A stretch of DNA of 64,000 nt from Candidatus Omnitrophota bacterium (GTDB taxonomy: Bacteria; Omnitrophota; Gorgyraeia; Tantalellales; Tantalellaceae), in the NCBI GenBank assembly GCA_049642065.1, contig JBAROK010000099.1, forward strand, positions 85,661 through 149,660, given 5' to 3'. Below are positions 11,774 to 20,491 of the stretch, in pieces. The notes under the pieces were generated by a model. That model had not been told where the DNA came from and did not search any database. It saw nothing but the letters and a program-made list of their open reading frames with translations. The translations under genes and the position numbers were made by a program. Every line of letters starts with the position of its first letter. The stretch's first letter is position 1.

Positions 11774-12978
11774 TATCTTGTTCCTTCCAAGAGCATGTTC
11801 ATAAGTTCCCAACCCTCGTCCACCGAAATGCTTCCGGCTCTAGCTGACTTTTCAGTAAATACCGCAACATCGTCAGGATCTATCCCTTTACCCGCAATAG
11901 CAAAAGGTACAGGATCAGAGGTATGTGTCCTTTTCTTTATCGGCGTAGGGTGGTCAGGAAGTATCATTACCCTGTAATCCTCTTCCTTATCCTGAAGCTC
12001 TTTGATTATCCTAGCGGTTATCTTATGGTCAAAGTTCTCTATAGCTTTAATCTTTTCCATAATGTCGCCGTTATGTCCAGCTTCGTCCGGAGCTTCAACA
12101 TGGACGAAGACCAAATCGTTTCTTGTGAGTATATCAAGTGCCGCTTCCGCCTTACCTTCGTAATTGGTATCGTAATATCCGGTAGCCCCCGGTACGTTCA
12201 CGACTTCAAGACCCAACACACGCCCCATACCCTTAAGTAGATCCACCGCAGAAATTATACCTCCCGTAATACCATAAGCGTCTTCAAAAAGCGGCATATC
12301 CGGTTTCCTGCCCTGCCCCCAGATCCATATCATGTTAGCCGGGTTCTGCCCCAGATCTATCCGAACCTTGTTTATGTCGTGACCTTCTAGCAGGGCCTTC
12401 GACTTCTCCATAAGATCCACCAGCTCAGGTTCGTCGGGATAGTGCTTGGAAATAGACTGGTCAAGGATATCATGCGGAGGATAACACATCACTTTCGATA
12501 AGGCATTCGCTTCTTTCGGTGAAGCGCAATGCACCATCAAGAGGTTGCGATAACTCGTTCCCGTATAAAAGCTGAACTTTTCGTTGCCGAGTTTCTCGTT
12601 CAAAAGTTTTACGATCTCGGCGGTTTCGTTGGTGGTGATATGGCCCGCACTGTAATCAACCATCTTATCGTCATGCACGGTTATCGTATTGAACCGAAAT
12701 GCCACATCACTTTCCCCGAGGTCTACTCCCAGATTTGCAGCTTCCAGCGGACCACGTCCACAATAATATTTTTTCGGATCATATCCAAGAATGGATAAAT
12801 TCGCTACATCACTCGCCGGGGTCATACCTTTTGGAACGTTATTGACCATACCAACCTTTCCTTTTCTTGCGATCATATCCATGTTAGGCGCATTGGCCGC
12901 TTCCATGCACGTTCTGTCATTAAGTTCTTCAAGAGGAACTCCTGACATTCCATCCGGTACTAAAACAACATACTTCAT
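11773..12978 (-). CDS. cofactor-independent phosphoglycerate mutase, archaeal type (ApgM-like metalloenzyme); putative non-orthologous homoserine kinase
   Basis: 401 aa metalloenzyme-superfamily protein sitting between lysC and thrC where thrB would be expected. Confidence 0.7.
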   Translation of the reverse strand: MKYVVLVPDGMSGVPLEELNDRTCMEAANAPNMDMIARKGKVGMVNNVPKGMTPASDVANLSILGYDPKKYYCGRGPLEAANLGVDLGESDVAFRFNTITVHDDKMVDYSAGHITTNETAEIVKLLNEKLGNEKFSFYTGTSYRNLLMVHCASPKEANALSKVMCYPPHDILDQSISKHYPDEPELVDLMEKSKALLEGHDINKVRIDLGQNPANMIWIWGQGRKPDMPLFEDAYGITGGIISAVDLLKGMGRVLGLEVVNVPGATGYYDTNYEGKAEAALDILTRNDLVFVHVEAPDEAGHNGDIMEKIKAIENFDHKITARIIKELQDKEEDYRVMILPDHPTPIKKRTHTSDPVPFAIAGKGIDPDDVAVFTEKSARAGSISVDEGWELMNMLLEGTR

Positions 12979-13003
12979 GCTATCCCCATGCTTTTAGTTT
13001 ATG

Positions 13004-14071
13004 TTAAATTCCAGCTGCTTTAACCACTTCTTTCAAGGTCGGATCCACGACCACAGGATTCTCAAGACACTTGATAGCCCTGTCCGGATCCTTAAGCCCG
13101 TGACCCGTAAGCACACATACAATATCCTTTACCGGTCCTGACGAATTATCCGGAAAATATCCTTCCTTGGCTTTTTTAATTACCCCAGCTACGCTAGCCG
13201 CCGATGCGGGTTCTGCAAATATACCCACCTTCCCGGCAAGAAGTTTATACGCTTCCAGTATCTCGTCATCCGTAACTTTATCTATAAGCCCTCCAGACTC
13301 ATCCCGAGCCTCTTCTGCCTGTTTCCAGCTGGCAGGATTGCCTATCTTTATCGCTGTAGCTATAGTCTTCGGATCTTTTATCGGATGACCATCGACTATA
13401 GGAGCCGAACCGGCCGCCTGGAACCCAATCATCTTTGGCAGGCTATCCGTCACTCCTTTTTCCTTATACTCTTTGTATCCTTTCCAGTAAGCGGTTATGT
13501 TCCCAGCATTACCCACAGGTAAAAAATGATATTCGGGTACGCGCCCTAAACGGTCACATATTTCAAAAGCTCCTGTTTTCTGCCCTTCTATCCTGTACGG
13601 GTTAATGGAATTGACGAGGGTTATCGGATATTTTTCAGTCAACTCGCATACAATTTCCAGCGCCTGGTCAAAATTACCCCTTATCGCTATAACAGTAGCT
13701 CCATGAATAAGCGCCTGTGCTAATTTACCCAACGCTATCGCGCCTTCCGGGATAACAACGATACATTTTATCTTAGCCCTTACCGCAAAAGCTGCCGCCG
13801 AAGCCGAAGTATTCCCGGTAGAAGCGCAGGCAACAGCTTTTGACCCTTCTTCAACGGCCTTTGATACAGCCATTGTCATACCCCTATCCTTGAAACTGCC
13901 CGTTGGATTCAACCCTTCGTATTTCAGCCATACGTTGTAACCCGGACCCACTATCTCCGCTACAGGATCCGCTTTTACCAGAGGCGTATCTCCTTCCTCA
14001 ATGCTAATAATAGGCGTCTTGTCAGTTACAGGAAGATACTTTTTATACTTTTCAATTACTCCCATTTTCAC
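13004..14071 (-). CDS. thrC: threonine synthase
   Basis: PLP-lysine motif GSFKDRGMT; 355 aa. Confidence 0.9.
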   Translation of the reverse strand: MKMGVIEKYKKYLPVTDKTPIISIEEGDTPLVKADPVAEIVGPGYNVWLKYEGLNPTGSFKDRGMTMAVSKAVEEGSKAVACASTGNTSASAAAFAVRAKIKCIVVIPEGAIALGKLAQALIHGATVIAIRGNFDQALEIVCELTEKYPITLVNSINPYRIEGQKTGAFEICDRLGRVPEYHFLPVGNAGNITAYWKGYKEYKEKGVTDSLPKMIGFQAAGSAPIVDGHPIKDPKTIATAIKIGNPASWKQAEEARDESGGLIDKVTDDEILEAYKLLAGKVGIFAEPASAASVAGVIKKAKEGYFPDNSSGPVKDIVCVLTGHGLKDPDRAIKCLENPVVVDPTLKEVVKAAGI

Positions 14072-14073
14072 TC

Positions 14074-15375
14074 CTATTCTTCCATACGTATAACAACCGT
14101 TTTATCCGAGACGAAATCCAGTCCGTCTATTTTTGCAATAGCTTTTTTCATCTTGCCCTCTTCAGCTTTATGGGTCAGGATTATTACGGGAACAGTCTCT
14201 CCTATGTTCCTCTCTTCCTGAGAAACATTAGCTATACTGATACCGTTTTCCGCAAGCACCGAAGATATCCCTGCAAGCACACCGGGTTTATCGATAACCG
14301 AGAACCTCAGATAATAAGATATTGCAAGATCTTCCATGGCCTGGATCTTCTTTTTTCCGGAAGCATAATCCAACGCGCACGGGGCCGGATCATCTTTCCC
14401 GTAGAACGCTACGTGTTTGGCGATCCCTACTATATCTCCCATAACCGAACTTGTAGTCGGCTTACGTCCAGCGCCCTGCCCAAAAAGAAGCGATTCTCCA
14501 AGAAGATCGCCCTTCACGAAAATAGCATTATCCACACCCCTAACATCTGAAAGCAGATGCGCAAGCGGCAGAAGAGTCGGGTGCACTCTAAGCTGAACTC
14601 CTTCGGGAGTATCTTTGGCGATAGCAAGAAGCTTAACGCCGTACCCCCATCTAAGAGCGTTTTCAAGATCCTGCGCCTCAATGTTGGTTATGCCTTCGGT
14701 ATAAACATCATCAGGCCGCACATCAAGGCCGAAACCCAAAAGCGCAAGCAACGCAAGCTTATGTGCGCTGTCTTTACCGCTTATGTCAAGCTCGGGATCT
14801 TTTTCAGCTATACCTTTCTCCTGGGCAACTTCAAGCGCTTCGCTAAAGGAACACTCGGTCGCTTCCATCATGCTAAGAATAAAGTTAGTGGTCCCGTTCA
14901 GTATCCCGTAAATGGTATCAATGTTATTAGCAACTAGGCTCTCCCGCAGGGTACTGATGATGGGAATAGCACCCCCCACGCTGGCCTCAAAATTAACAAT
15001 TACACCGTTCTCGCGAGCAGCAGTGAATATCTCTTTCCAATGTTCAGAAAGCAGCGCTTTGTTCGCAGTAACAACGTGTTTCTTGTTGCTGATAGCCTTA
15101 AGTATAATATCCTTCGCCGGGTTCACTCCTCCAATAAGCTCAACAATGATATCTATATCCGCATCATTGATAAGATCATCCGCTGAAGAAGTTATTATCT
15201 CCACCTTCTTCGGATCGATATCTTCCAATGCTTTTTTATCTTTATCGCATATACCTTTTATCTGGAGAGATACCCCGGTCCTTTCGGTGATAAGACCTCC
15301 GTTAGAAAGAACAGCGTCATATACACCTCTACCAATGGTCCCGACTCCTATCAGGCCTATCTTTACCGGCTTCAT
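14074..15375 (-). CDS. hom: homoserine dehydrogenase
   Basis: NAD-binding [11 protein letters not shown] and C-terminal ACT domain. Start taken at the internal Met ([10 protein letters not shown]); the longer ORF would run into the tRNA. Confidence 0.9.
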   Translation of the reverse strand: MKPVKIGLIGVGTIGRGVYDAVLSNGGLITERTGVSLQIKGICDKDKKALEDIDPKKVEIITSSADDLINDADIDIIVELIGGVNPAKDIILKAISNKKHVVTANKALLSEHWKEIFTAARENGVIVNFEASVGGAIPIISTLRESLVANNIDTIYGILNGTTNFILSMMEATECSFSEALEVAQEKGIAEKDPELDISGKDSAHKLALLALLGFGLDVRPDDVYTEGITNIEAQDLENALRWGYGVKLLAIAKDTPEGVQLRVHPTLLPLAHLLSDVRGVDNAIFVKGDLLGESLLFGQGAGRKPTTSSVMGDIVGIAKHVAFYGKDDPAPCALDYASGKKKIQAMEDLAISYYLRFSVIDKPGVLAGISSVLAENGISIANVSQEERNIGETVPVIILTHKAEEGKMKKAIAKIDGLDFVSDKTVVIRMEE

Positions 15376-15399
15376 GCCAACTCCTTTATGCTTAAAAGA

Positions 15400-15477
15400 T
15401 GGTCGGGACGGCCGGATTCGAACCGGCGACCCCAAGTCCCCCAGACTTGTACGCTAACCAGACTGCGCTACGTCCCG
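15400..15477 (-). tRNA. tRNA-Pro (anticodon GGG)
   Basis: Manual cloverleaf: acceptor CGGGACG/CGTCCCG, D-stem GCGC/GCGT, anticodon stem CAAGT/ACTTG with loop CTGGGGG, T-arm GCCGG-TTCGAAT-CCGGC, discriminator A and encoded CCA. Confidence 0.8.
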
Positions 15478-15492
15478 ACGTTTGCTTAAAAA

Positions 15493-16479
15493 CTAACCGT
15501 AATCTTCGTCTTTAGGATCCCTTGTCATCAGCTCTCTAACAGCTAAGCCGGGATCTTTATCCTCGTAAATTATCTCGTATACCTTCTGTGTTATCGGCAT
15601 ATCGACTCCATACTTCTTAGCCAGCTCATATGCCGATTTGCAGGTAGCCCTGCCTTCAACAACCATCTCGGTCTCAGCGAGTATCTCTTTTATATCCCGT
15701 CCAAGTCCGATCTGTTCACCGAACCAGCGGTTCCTGCTATGAGAACTGATACAGGTAGTAGCAAGATCACCCACACCGCTCAGGCCGCTGAACGTCATCT
15801 GCTCGGCACCCATTTTCACTCCGAGCCTGGAAATCTCCGCCAGGCCCCTCGTCAAGATGGCAGCTTTTGCGTTAGTGCCGAACCCCAGACCGTCCGAAAT
15901 ACCTGCCGCTATTGCAATGATGTTCTTAAGAGCCCCGCCCATCTCGACACCCACAACATCTTTCGAAGTATATACACGAAACCGATCGGTCATTAAAAGA
16001 TCCCTGACATCTACATGTCCGGAACCTTTACTGGCAACGACAACGGTAGTAGGAACTTCTCTGGCAACTTCGAACGATATACTGGGACCAGAGAGAACAT
16101 TGATCTTATCCTCATCAAAATACTCGCCCAGTATTTCAGAAGGCCGTTCCAAAGAACCGTTCTCTATCCCCTTCGTAGCGCTCACTATATAAACAAAAGG
16201 CGCAGTCTTGAACCTTTTGACTACTGAACGCAGGTACTCGCAAGGTACCGCGAAAATAGCAAATTCAGCTTCTGCGGCAAGCTTATCATCCGAAGTTATT
16301 TTTAGGTCTTCCGGCAGACGTACCCCTTCAAGAAATTTAGTATTTTCTCGTTTTTCAGCAAGCTGTTCAGCGTATTCGGGTGAAACGCTCCACAGGGTAG
16401 TATCTATCCCCTTCCGGCTCAAAAGAATTGCCAGGGCAGTACCCCAACCGCCGTCTCCTATAATAGTTATTTTACTCAT
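15493..16479 (-). CDS. gpsA: NAD(P)H-dependent glycerol-3-phosphate dehydrogenase
   Basis: 328 aa; N-terminal GDGGWGTALA Rossmann motif. Confidence 0.9.
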   Translation of the reverse strand: MSKITIIGDGGWGTALAILLSRKGIDTTLWSVSPEYAEQLAEKRENTKFLEGVRLPEDLKITSDDKLAAEAEFAIFAVPCEYLRSVVKRFKTAPFVYIVSATKGIENGSLERPSEILGEYFDEDKINVLSGPSISFEVAREVPTTVVVASKGSGHVDVRDLLMTDRFRVYTSKDVVGVEMGGALKNIIAIAAGISDGLGFGTNAKAAILTRGLAEISRLGVKMGAEQMTFSGLSGVGDLATTCISSHSRNRWFGEQIGLGRDIKEILAETEMVVEGRATCKSAYELAKKYGVDMPITQKVYEIIYEDKDPGLAVRELMTRDPKDEDYG

Positions 16480-16535
16480 AATAGTTCAGGAAAGTCTAAC
16501 ATATATGATATTAATAGTCAATATAACTTGAATTG

Positions 16536-16581
16536 GCTAAAAAAAGGAGAGGAATGGTTACACACCACTCCTCTCCTTTGG
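16536..16581 (-). terminator. rho-independent terminator (13-bp stem AAAGGAGAGGA..TCCTCTCCTTT, U-run on minus strand)
   Basis: Perfect inverted repeat 16541-16553 / 16569-16581 with A-run 16536-16545 on the plus strand; lies downstream of the RelE-like gene and upstream of gpsA. Confidence 0.6.
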
Positions 16582-16729
16582 AGGTAGGACCACACTACAC
16601 GTGCAGTCTTTGGGAATCACCTTTTTGTAGTTATCTCAGTTAAGAGCATCTGGCACTTAAGCATATTAAGCTTCCAGACTGCGACAGCTACTATCAAAAA
16701 ATGTGTTACTTTGTGTATTGAATTGTTCA

Positions 16730-17119
16730 TCAGTACCTCTTGTTTATAAAACCCTTGTCCCTCTTGAGCCCTCCAAGTATCTGTATCTTTATCTCATTCA
16801 CATAAACTATCCTATAAGCTGCATTTCCCTGTATTATGTAGAAATCTCCTAGAACCTTGCATATTATTTTGTTCTCTCCGGTGCGTTTATCATAGTTCCT
16901 GAGAATATGGCAATCCTTGGAAGCCGCCCTTCTTTTCTGAACGGCCACCCAGGCCTTAAGCTCAGCCATTACATCCGACGAATACGAATCCTTGATAAAA
17001 TATTTAGTGATCCATTTCTTCGCTACCCTTGAATCCGACTGATCACTTATTTCCTCAATGGATACTTCGTGTTTCTTAGGATTATTCCCACAAATGTTCC
17101 TGTAAACTACCTCTTTCAT
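16730..17119 (-). CDS. RelE/ParE-superfamily toxin homolog with ~40-aa N-terminal extension
   Basis: C-terminus YRIVYVNEIKIQILGGLKRD parallels E. coli RelE YRLVYQVIDEKVVVFVISVGKRE. Flanked by its own promoter/operator and terminator, with no adjacent antitoxin ORF. Confidence 0.55.
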   Translation of the reverse strand: MKEVVYRNICGNNPKKHEVSIEEISDQSDSRVAKKWITKYFIKDSYSSDVMAELKAWVAVQKRRAASKDCHILRNYDKRTGENKIICKVLGDFYIIQGNAAYRIVYVNEIKIQILGGLKRDKGFINKRY

Positions 17120-17185
17120 TTCGCACCTTCTTAAACGACTTTTTAAAAGTTTTAAATTTCTTGTCTAAAAAAAATCTCCTTTTGT

Positions 17186-17209
17186 GTATACTAACTATTC
17201 TTAGTATAC
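17186..17209 (-). promoter_or_regulatory. perfect palindromic operator GTATACTAA-N6-TTAGTATAC overlapping the -10/+1 of the RelE-like gene promoter
   Basis: 9-bp arms with 6-bp spacer, seen directly. Upstream -35 TTGCAA and -10 TATACT on the minus strand. Confidence 0.45.
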
Positions 17210-17240
17210 CTTATTTCCAGGAAATTGCAAGTGTTACATT

Positions 17241-17867
17241 CTAGCTTTTTTTTACCTTAACTATTCTGGTTTCTTCCCCCCGTAAAAGGCGTTTAATGTT
17301 GGTTCTATGGCCATAAACACCTAAAATGCAGATTATACCGCTAAATACCACAAAACCCAGGTCTTTTCCAGTAATAACAGCCAATATCGGCAAGGCTACC
17401 GCAGCAGAAATCGAGGCCAAAGAGACGTATTTCCAGACAGCAAAAACCGCTATCCAGACGATGAGCCCCCCGACCAGTATGGTGGGATGAAGACCAGCCA
17501 TAACGCCAGCAGTTGTGGAGACGCCTTTTCCTCCCTTAAATTTGAGAAAAATCGTCCACATATGGCCAATTATCGAAGCTCCCCCCGATAGGACCAGCAT
17601 AAGCTCTGAAGGCGTCCCAGATGAAGCAAAAATATTATGAAAAAATGTAGGGATAACCGTCACCGCGACAAGCCCCTTCGCCAAGTCCAGGATGAATACC
17701 ACAATACCTACTTTCTTGCCCATCACCCTGGCAATATTCGTCGCACCAACGTTACCGCTACCATGCTCGCGTATATCTATCCCCTTGAAAACCTTCCCGA
17801 ATATGTATGCCATCGGTATGGACCCCACAAGATACGCTGTTATAACCGATAATATTATACTGATCAT
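17241..17867 (-). CDS. plsY: glycerol-3-phosphate acyltransferase PlsY
   Basis: 208 aa polytopic membrane protein with conserved HGSGNVGATN motif. Confidence 0.9.
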   Translation of the reverse strand: MISIILSVITAYLVGSIPMAYIFGKVFKGIDIREHGSGNVGATNIARVMGKKVGIVVFILDLAKGLVAVTVIPTFFHNIFASSGTPSELMLVLSGGASIIGHMWTIFLKFKGGKGVSTTAGVMAGLHPTILVGGLIVWIAVFAVWKYVSLASISAAVALPILAVITGKDLGFVVFSGIICILGVYGHRTNIKRLLRGEETRIVKVKKS

Positions 17868-19210
17868 ATTTTCCTCTTTTTTGATCTACGTATTAGTATC
17901 TTGATCGGTATACCTTTTAGCGGAAGATTCGCCCGTAGCTGATTCTCTATAAAACTGATATGGGACGGTAATACCCGTATTGGATCATTAACAAAATATT
18001 TGAACTCTACGGGCCTGTGGCTGCTCTGGACTGCGTACAGGAAATTAGGCCTCTTCTTTTTCCTGGGTATAGGAACTCGTGACGGATCATTCTTCTCAAA
18101 AATCTTATTGAGATATGCCGTGGAAGTCTTAAGATCAAGATTTGAATCCAACACATTCGCCATCTGCAGGCTTTTCAGTACGTTCCTTCCTGATTTGGAA
18201 GATATAAACTCCATGGGGAATTTACTAAGCTCGTTTGCCGCGTACATGAGATGCTTGGTATAATCTTCCATAGTAACAGCACCTGACTGCTTTGCAAGAT
18301 CCCATTTATTGACAAGCACCAAACATGCCTGGCCGCTTTCTTCAACGAACTTTAATATTCCAATATCATCCTTGGTAATACCATCCGCTGCATCCAGCAA
18401 AAGGAACACCACGTCGGCTTTCTGTATGGACTCTTTAGATCGCATAACGCTGTAAGTATCTACCGCGGTCTTGATCTTTCTCCTGTGCCTGATACCAGCG
18501 GTATCTATTAATATATAGTCATCTCCTTCACAAGTAAAATGCGTGTCAATCGAATCCCTCGTAGTACCCGGGATATCACTTACTATTACGCGGTTGCGAT
18601 CGAGTAGATTATTCACAAAAGAAGATTTACCGACATTCGGACGTCCTACCACGGCAATTTTAAGCATCTTCTCCGTCTGTTCTGCACGGGGCATCTCCAC
18701 GCCCTCCAGCGACTCCATTATCTTATTCTTCAGGCTCCTTATGCCCCTGCGATGCAGACACGATATGTTCTCGGGCTCCCCGAAACCCAGCTGGAAAAAT
18801 TCATAGGCATGGGTCTTTAATTTTTCGTTATCGGTCTTGTTAGCTACCAGAATGACTGGTTTACTGAACTTCCTAAGAAGGGTCGCTACCTCCTTATCCA
18901 TGGGAGTAGCTCCAGCAATGGTATCTGTCACCAAAAGTATGACCGTAGCCTCTTCCATAGCCCTGTAGATCTGGTCCTTTACCAACACTGCGAACTGATC
19001 GCTGTCACTTGAAATATACCCTCCGGTATCCACAAACTTAAGATGAGATCCCTTCATAGTGACGATAGACTCCACCCGGTCACGGGTAGTGCCCGATTGC
19101 TCGACCACTACAGCCCGCCTTTCACCGAGCAAGCAGTTGAAAAGTGAGGATTTTCCAACATTAGGCCTGCCCACTATGCATATTGTAGGGATACCGCTAT
19201 AGTTTTCCAT
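17864..19210 (-). CDS. der: ribosome-associated GTPase Der (EngA), tandem GTPase domains + KH-like domain
   Basis: Two G1 motifs GRPNVGKSS. Confidence 0.95.
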   Translation of the reverse strand: MENYSGIPTICIVGRPNVGKSSLFNCLLGERRAVVVEQSGTTRDRVESIVTMKGSHLKFVDTGGYISSDSDQFAVLVKDQIYRAMEEATVILLVTDTIAGATPMDKEVATLLRKFSKPVILVANKTDNEKLKTHAYEFFQLGFGEPENISCLHRRGIRSLKNKIMESLEGVEMPRAEQTEKMLKIAVVGRPNVGKSSFVNNLLDRNRVIVSDIPGTTRDSIDTHFTCEGDDYILIDTAGIRHRRKIKTAVDTYSVMRSKESIQKADVVFLLLDAADGITKDDIGILKFVEESGQACLVLVNKWDLAKQSGAVTMEDYTKHLMYAANELSKFPMEFISSKSGRNVLKSLQMANVLDSNLDLKTSTAYLNKIFEKNDPSRVPIPRKKKRPNFLYAVQSSHRPVEFKYFVNDPIRVLPSHISFIENQLRANLPLKGIPIKILIRRSKKRKI

Positions 19211-19730
19211 TGATAGAATTTGACCCTATTCTGATGTAATCCAAACCAGACACGACCGTAAGAATCGCTGTTGTGTTCCAGAGCCAGCTCGCATAAACGA
19301 ACTTAAGCAGCAAGGCAATAACGGTCACCATCTGAAAGACCGTGGTGAGTTTACCTATCACCGTGGGTTTTATTTCGATGCCACCCGCAAGGATATATAT
19401 AAGCATAACACCCAAAAGTATTATGACGTCCCGGGAAATGACGATAATTGGGACATAAACGGGCATCTTCAGATATTCAGGCAGGCCTGAAACCAGGCTG
19501 AAACATATAAAGGCGCTACCGATAAGCATCTTATCGGCGATCGGATCCAGTATCGCACCCAATCGGGTCTTTTCTTTACGAACGCGCGCTATATAACCGT
19601 CAAGCGCATCAGTGATCGTAGCGACAAGAAATATCACGAACGCCGCATTCAGCCGATGGTACAGGATAGCTGTAATGAACACCGGAACGAGAACTATCCG
19701 GAATATTGTCAGTCTATTGGCCCAGTTCAT
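19197..19730 (-). CDS. pgsA: CDP-diacylglycerol--glycerol-3-phosphate 3-phosphatidyltransferase
   Basis: CDP-alcohol phosphatidyltransferase motif DALDGYIAR...GAILDPIADK. Own sigma70-like promoter TTGACT-17-TATAAA just upstream. Confidence 0.85.
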   Translation of the reverse strand: MNWANRLTIFRIVLVPVFITAILYHRLNAAFVIFLVATITDALDGYIARVRKEKTRLGAILDPIADKMLIGSAFICFSLVSGLPEYLKMPVYVPIIVISRDVIILLGVMLIYILAGGIEIKPTVIGKLTTVFQMVTVIALLLKFVYASWLWNTTAILTVVSGLDYIRIGSNSINGKL

Positions 19731-19835
19731 AACCTTAACTTTCTTTATATTTTAATGTAAATTTTATAACATAGCGTATTTTGCAAGTCAAGGAATACAG
19801 TATATCTTGTCGGGCCATTCTTTTATAGTATTATT

Positions 19836-19997
19836 TCAGCTTATTTCTGCGTGGTGACGAGAACTTACTCTGTCGGTCTTGCAGGTCATCATGATGCCGA
19901 ACTCTTCGTTGCCGCGCAGGTATTCTCCAGCGATATGATATGCTTCATCTTCGTCGTACGCATCGCACACTATCTCAATAACAGTCTTGTACTTCAC
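19836..19997 (-). CDS. hypothetical small acidic protein (53 aa, GTG start)
   Basis: ORF below the 60-aa track cutoff (VKYKTVIEIVCDAYDEDEAYHIAGEYLRGNEEFGIMMTCKTDRVSSRHHAEIS). RBS-like GAAAGGTGGG 5 nt upstream; 44 bp downstream of the basic small gene. Confidence 0.25.
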   Translation of the reverse strand: MKYKTVIEIVCDAYDEDEAYHIAGEYLRGNEEFGIMMTCKTDRVSSRHHAEIS

Positions 19998-20041
19998 TCT
20001 TCCCACCTTTCTGAGTGTCCTCGTATTGGATAACCCTTTAA

Positions 20042-20212
20042 TTAATCATTGTTAATTGCGCGGTAAAGAGCCGTAACCTGATCACGATAGAATTTGTTGT
20101 ATACGTCGGTTAGGGCTTTTTTGCTTACCTTTGTCCTCGAAGGCCTGGACTTTTTTTCGTTAGCCCGGGTCCGCCCGCTCATGTTGCACGACTGGACGAA
20201 TTTCTTTTTCAT
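20042..20212 (-). CDS. hypothetical small basic protein (56 aa)
   Basis: MKKKFVQSCNMSGRTRANEKKSRPSRTKVSKKALTDVYNKFYRDQVTALYRAINND. ATG overlaps the stop of the upstream AbrB-like gene (ATGA). Not in the ORF track because it is under 60 aa. Confidence 0.4.
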   Translation of the reverse strand: MKKKFVQSCNMSGRTRANEKKSRPSRTKVSKKALTDVYNKFYRDQVTALYRAINND

Positions 20213-20385
20213 GATTTGCTCGATCCCTCCTTCCTCGTAAAGACCACCTTGCCGTCGCCATCGACTATGAAGGCGACCTTATCCCTGTTCTTGATATGAA
20301 AATAATTCTGCAAAGCCTTGGGTATAAATATCTGCCCCCTGTCCGATACAGTGGCAAAAAATCTGAACCTTGTTTTTTTTTTCAT
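20209..20385 (-). CDS. AbrB/MazE/SpoVT-family DNA-binding protein (58 aa; antitoxin- or transition-state-regulator-like)
   Basis: MKKKTRFRFFATVSDRGQIFIPKALQNYFHIKNRDKVAFIVDGDGKVVF matches the swapped-hairpin AbrB/MazE signature (RGQITIPKEIRE...GD.V). Preceded by a strong promoter with palindromic operator. Confidence 0.55.
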   Translation of the reverse strand: MKKKTRFRFFATVSDRGQIFIPKALQNYFHIKNRDKVAFIVDGDGKVVFTRKEGSSKS

Positions 20386-20412
20386 TCTTCCCTTACCTCT
20401 CTACGTTTTACA

Positions 20413-20441
20413 AGTATATAACAAGTATTTATACTTGTCAA
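20413..20441 (-). promoter_or_regulatory. sigma70-like promoter (-35 TTGACA, 17-nt spacer, -10 TATACT) with embedded CAAGTAT/ATACTTG inverted repeats
   Basis: On the minus strand: CTTGACAAGTATAAATACTTGTTATATACTTGTAAAAC. Perfect palindrome ACAAGTAT-AA-ATACTTGT lies between -35 and -10. Confidence 0.45.
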
Positions 20442-20448
20442 GTCAGAA

Positions 20449-20478
20449 CAAAAAAAACAGGCGGTTATTATCCGCCTG
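20449..20478 (-). terminator. rho-independent terminator after lepB (stem CAGGCGG/CCGCCTG, 7-nt loop, U8 tail); A/T runs on both sides, so possibly bidirectional
   Basis: AAAAAAAACAGGCGGTTATTATCCGCCTGTTTT seen directly. Confidence 0.65.
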
Positions 20479-20491
20479 TTTTAAGGTTACT

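Noticed and set aside
17186-17209. The GTATACTAA-N6-TTAGTATAC palindrome considered as a plsY transcription terminator
   Set aside because: Its U-run (minus strand) begins 11 nt after the stem, not immediately after it. It also overlaps the -10/+1 of the RelE-like gene promoter. An operator is the better fit.
20374-20383. 10-nt homopolymer (T10 on plus, A10 in the AbrB-like gene's lysine codons) as a phase-variation switch
   Set aside because: It is plausible mechanistically. But it is equally explained by Lys-Lys-Lys codons at an N-terminus in an AT-rich genome. No population variation is visible in a single sequence. It stays as a note under the cassette finding only.
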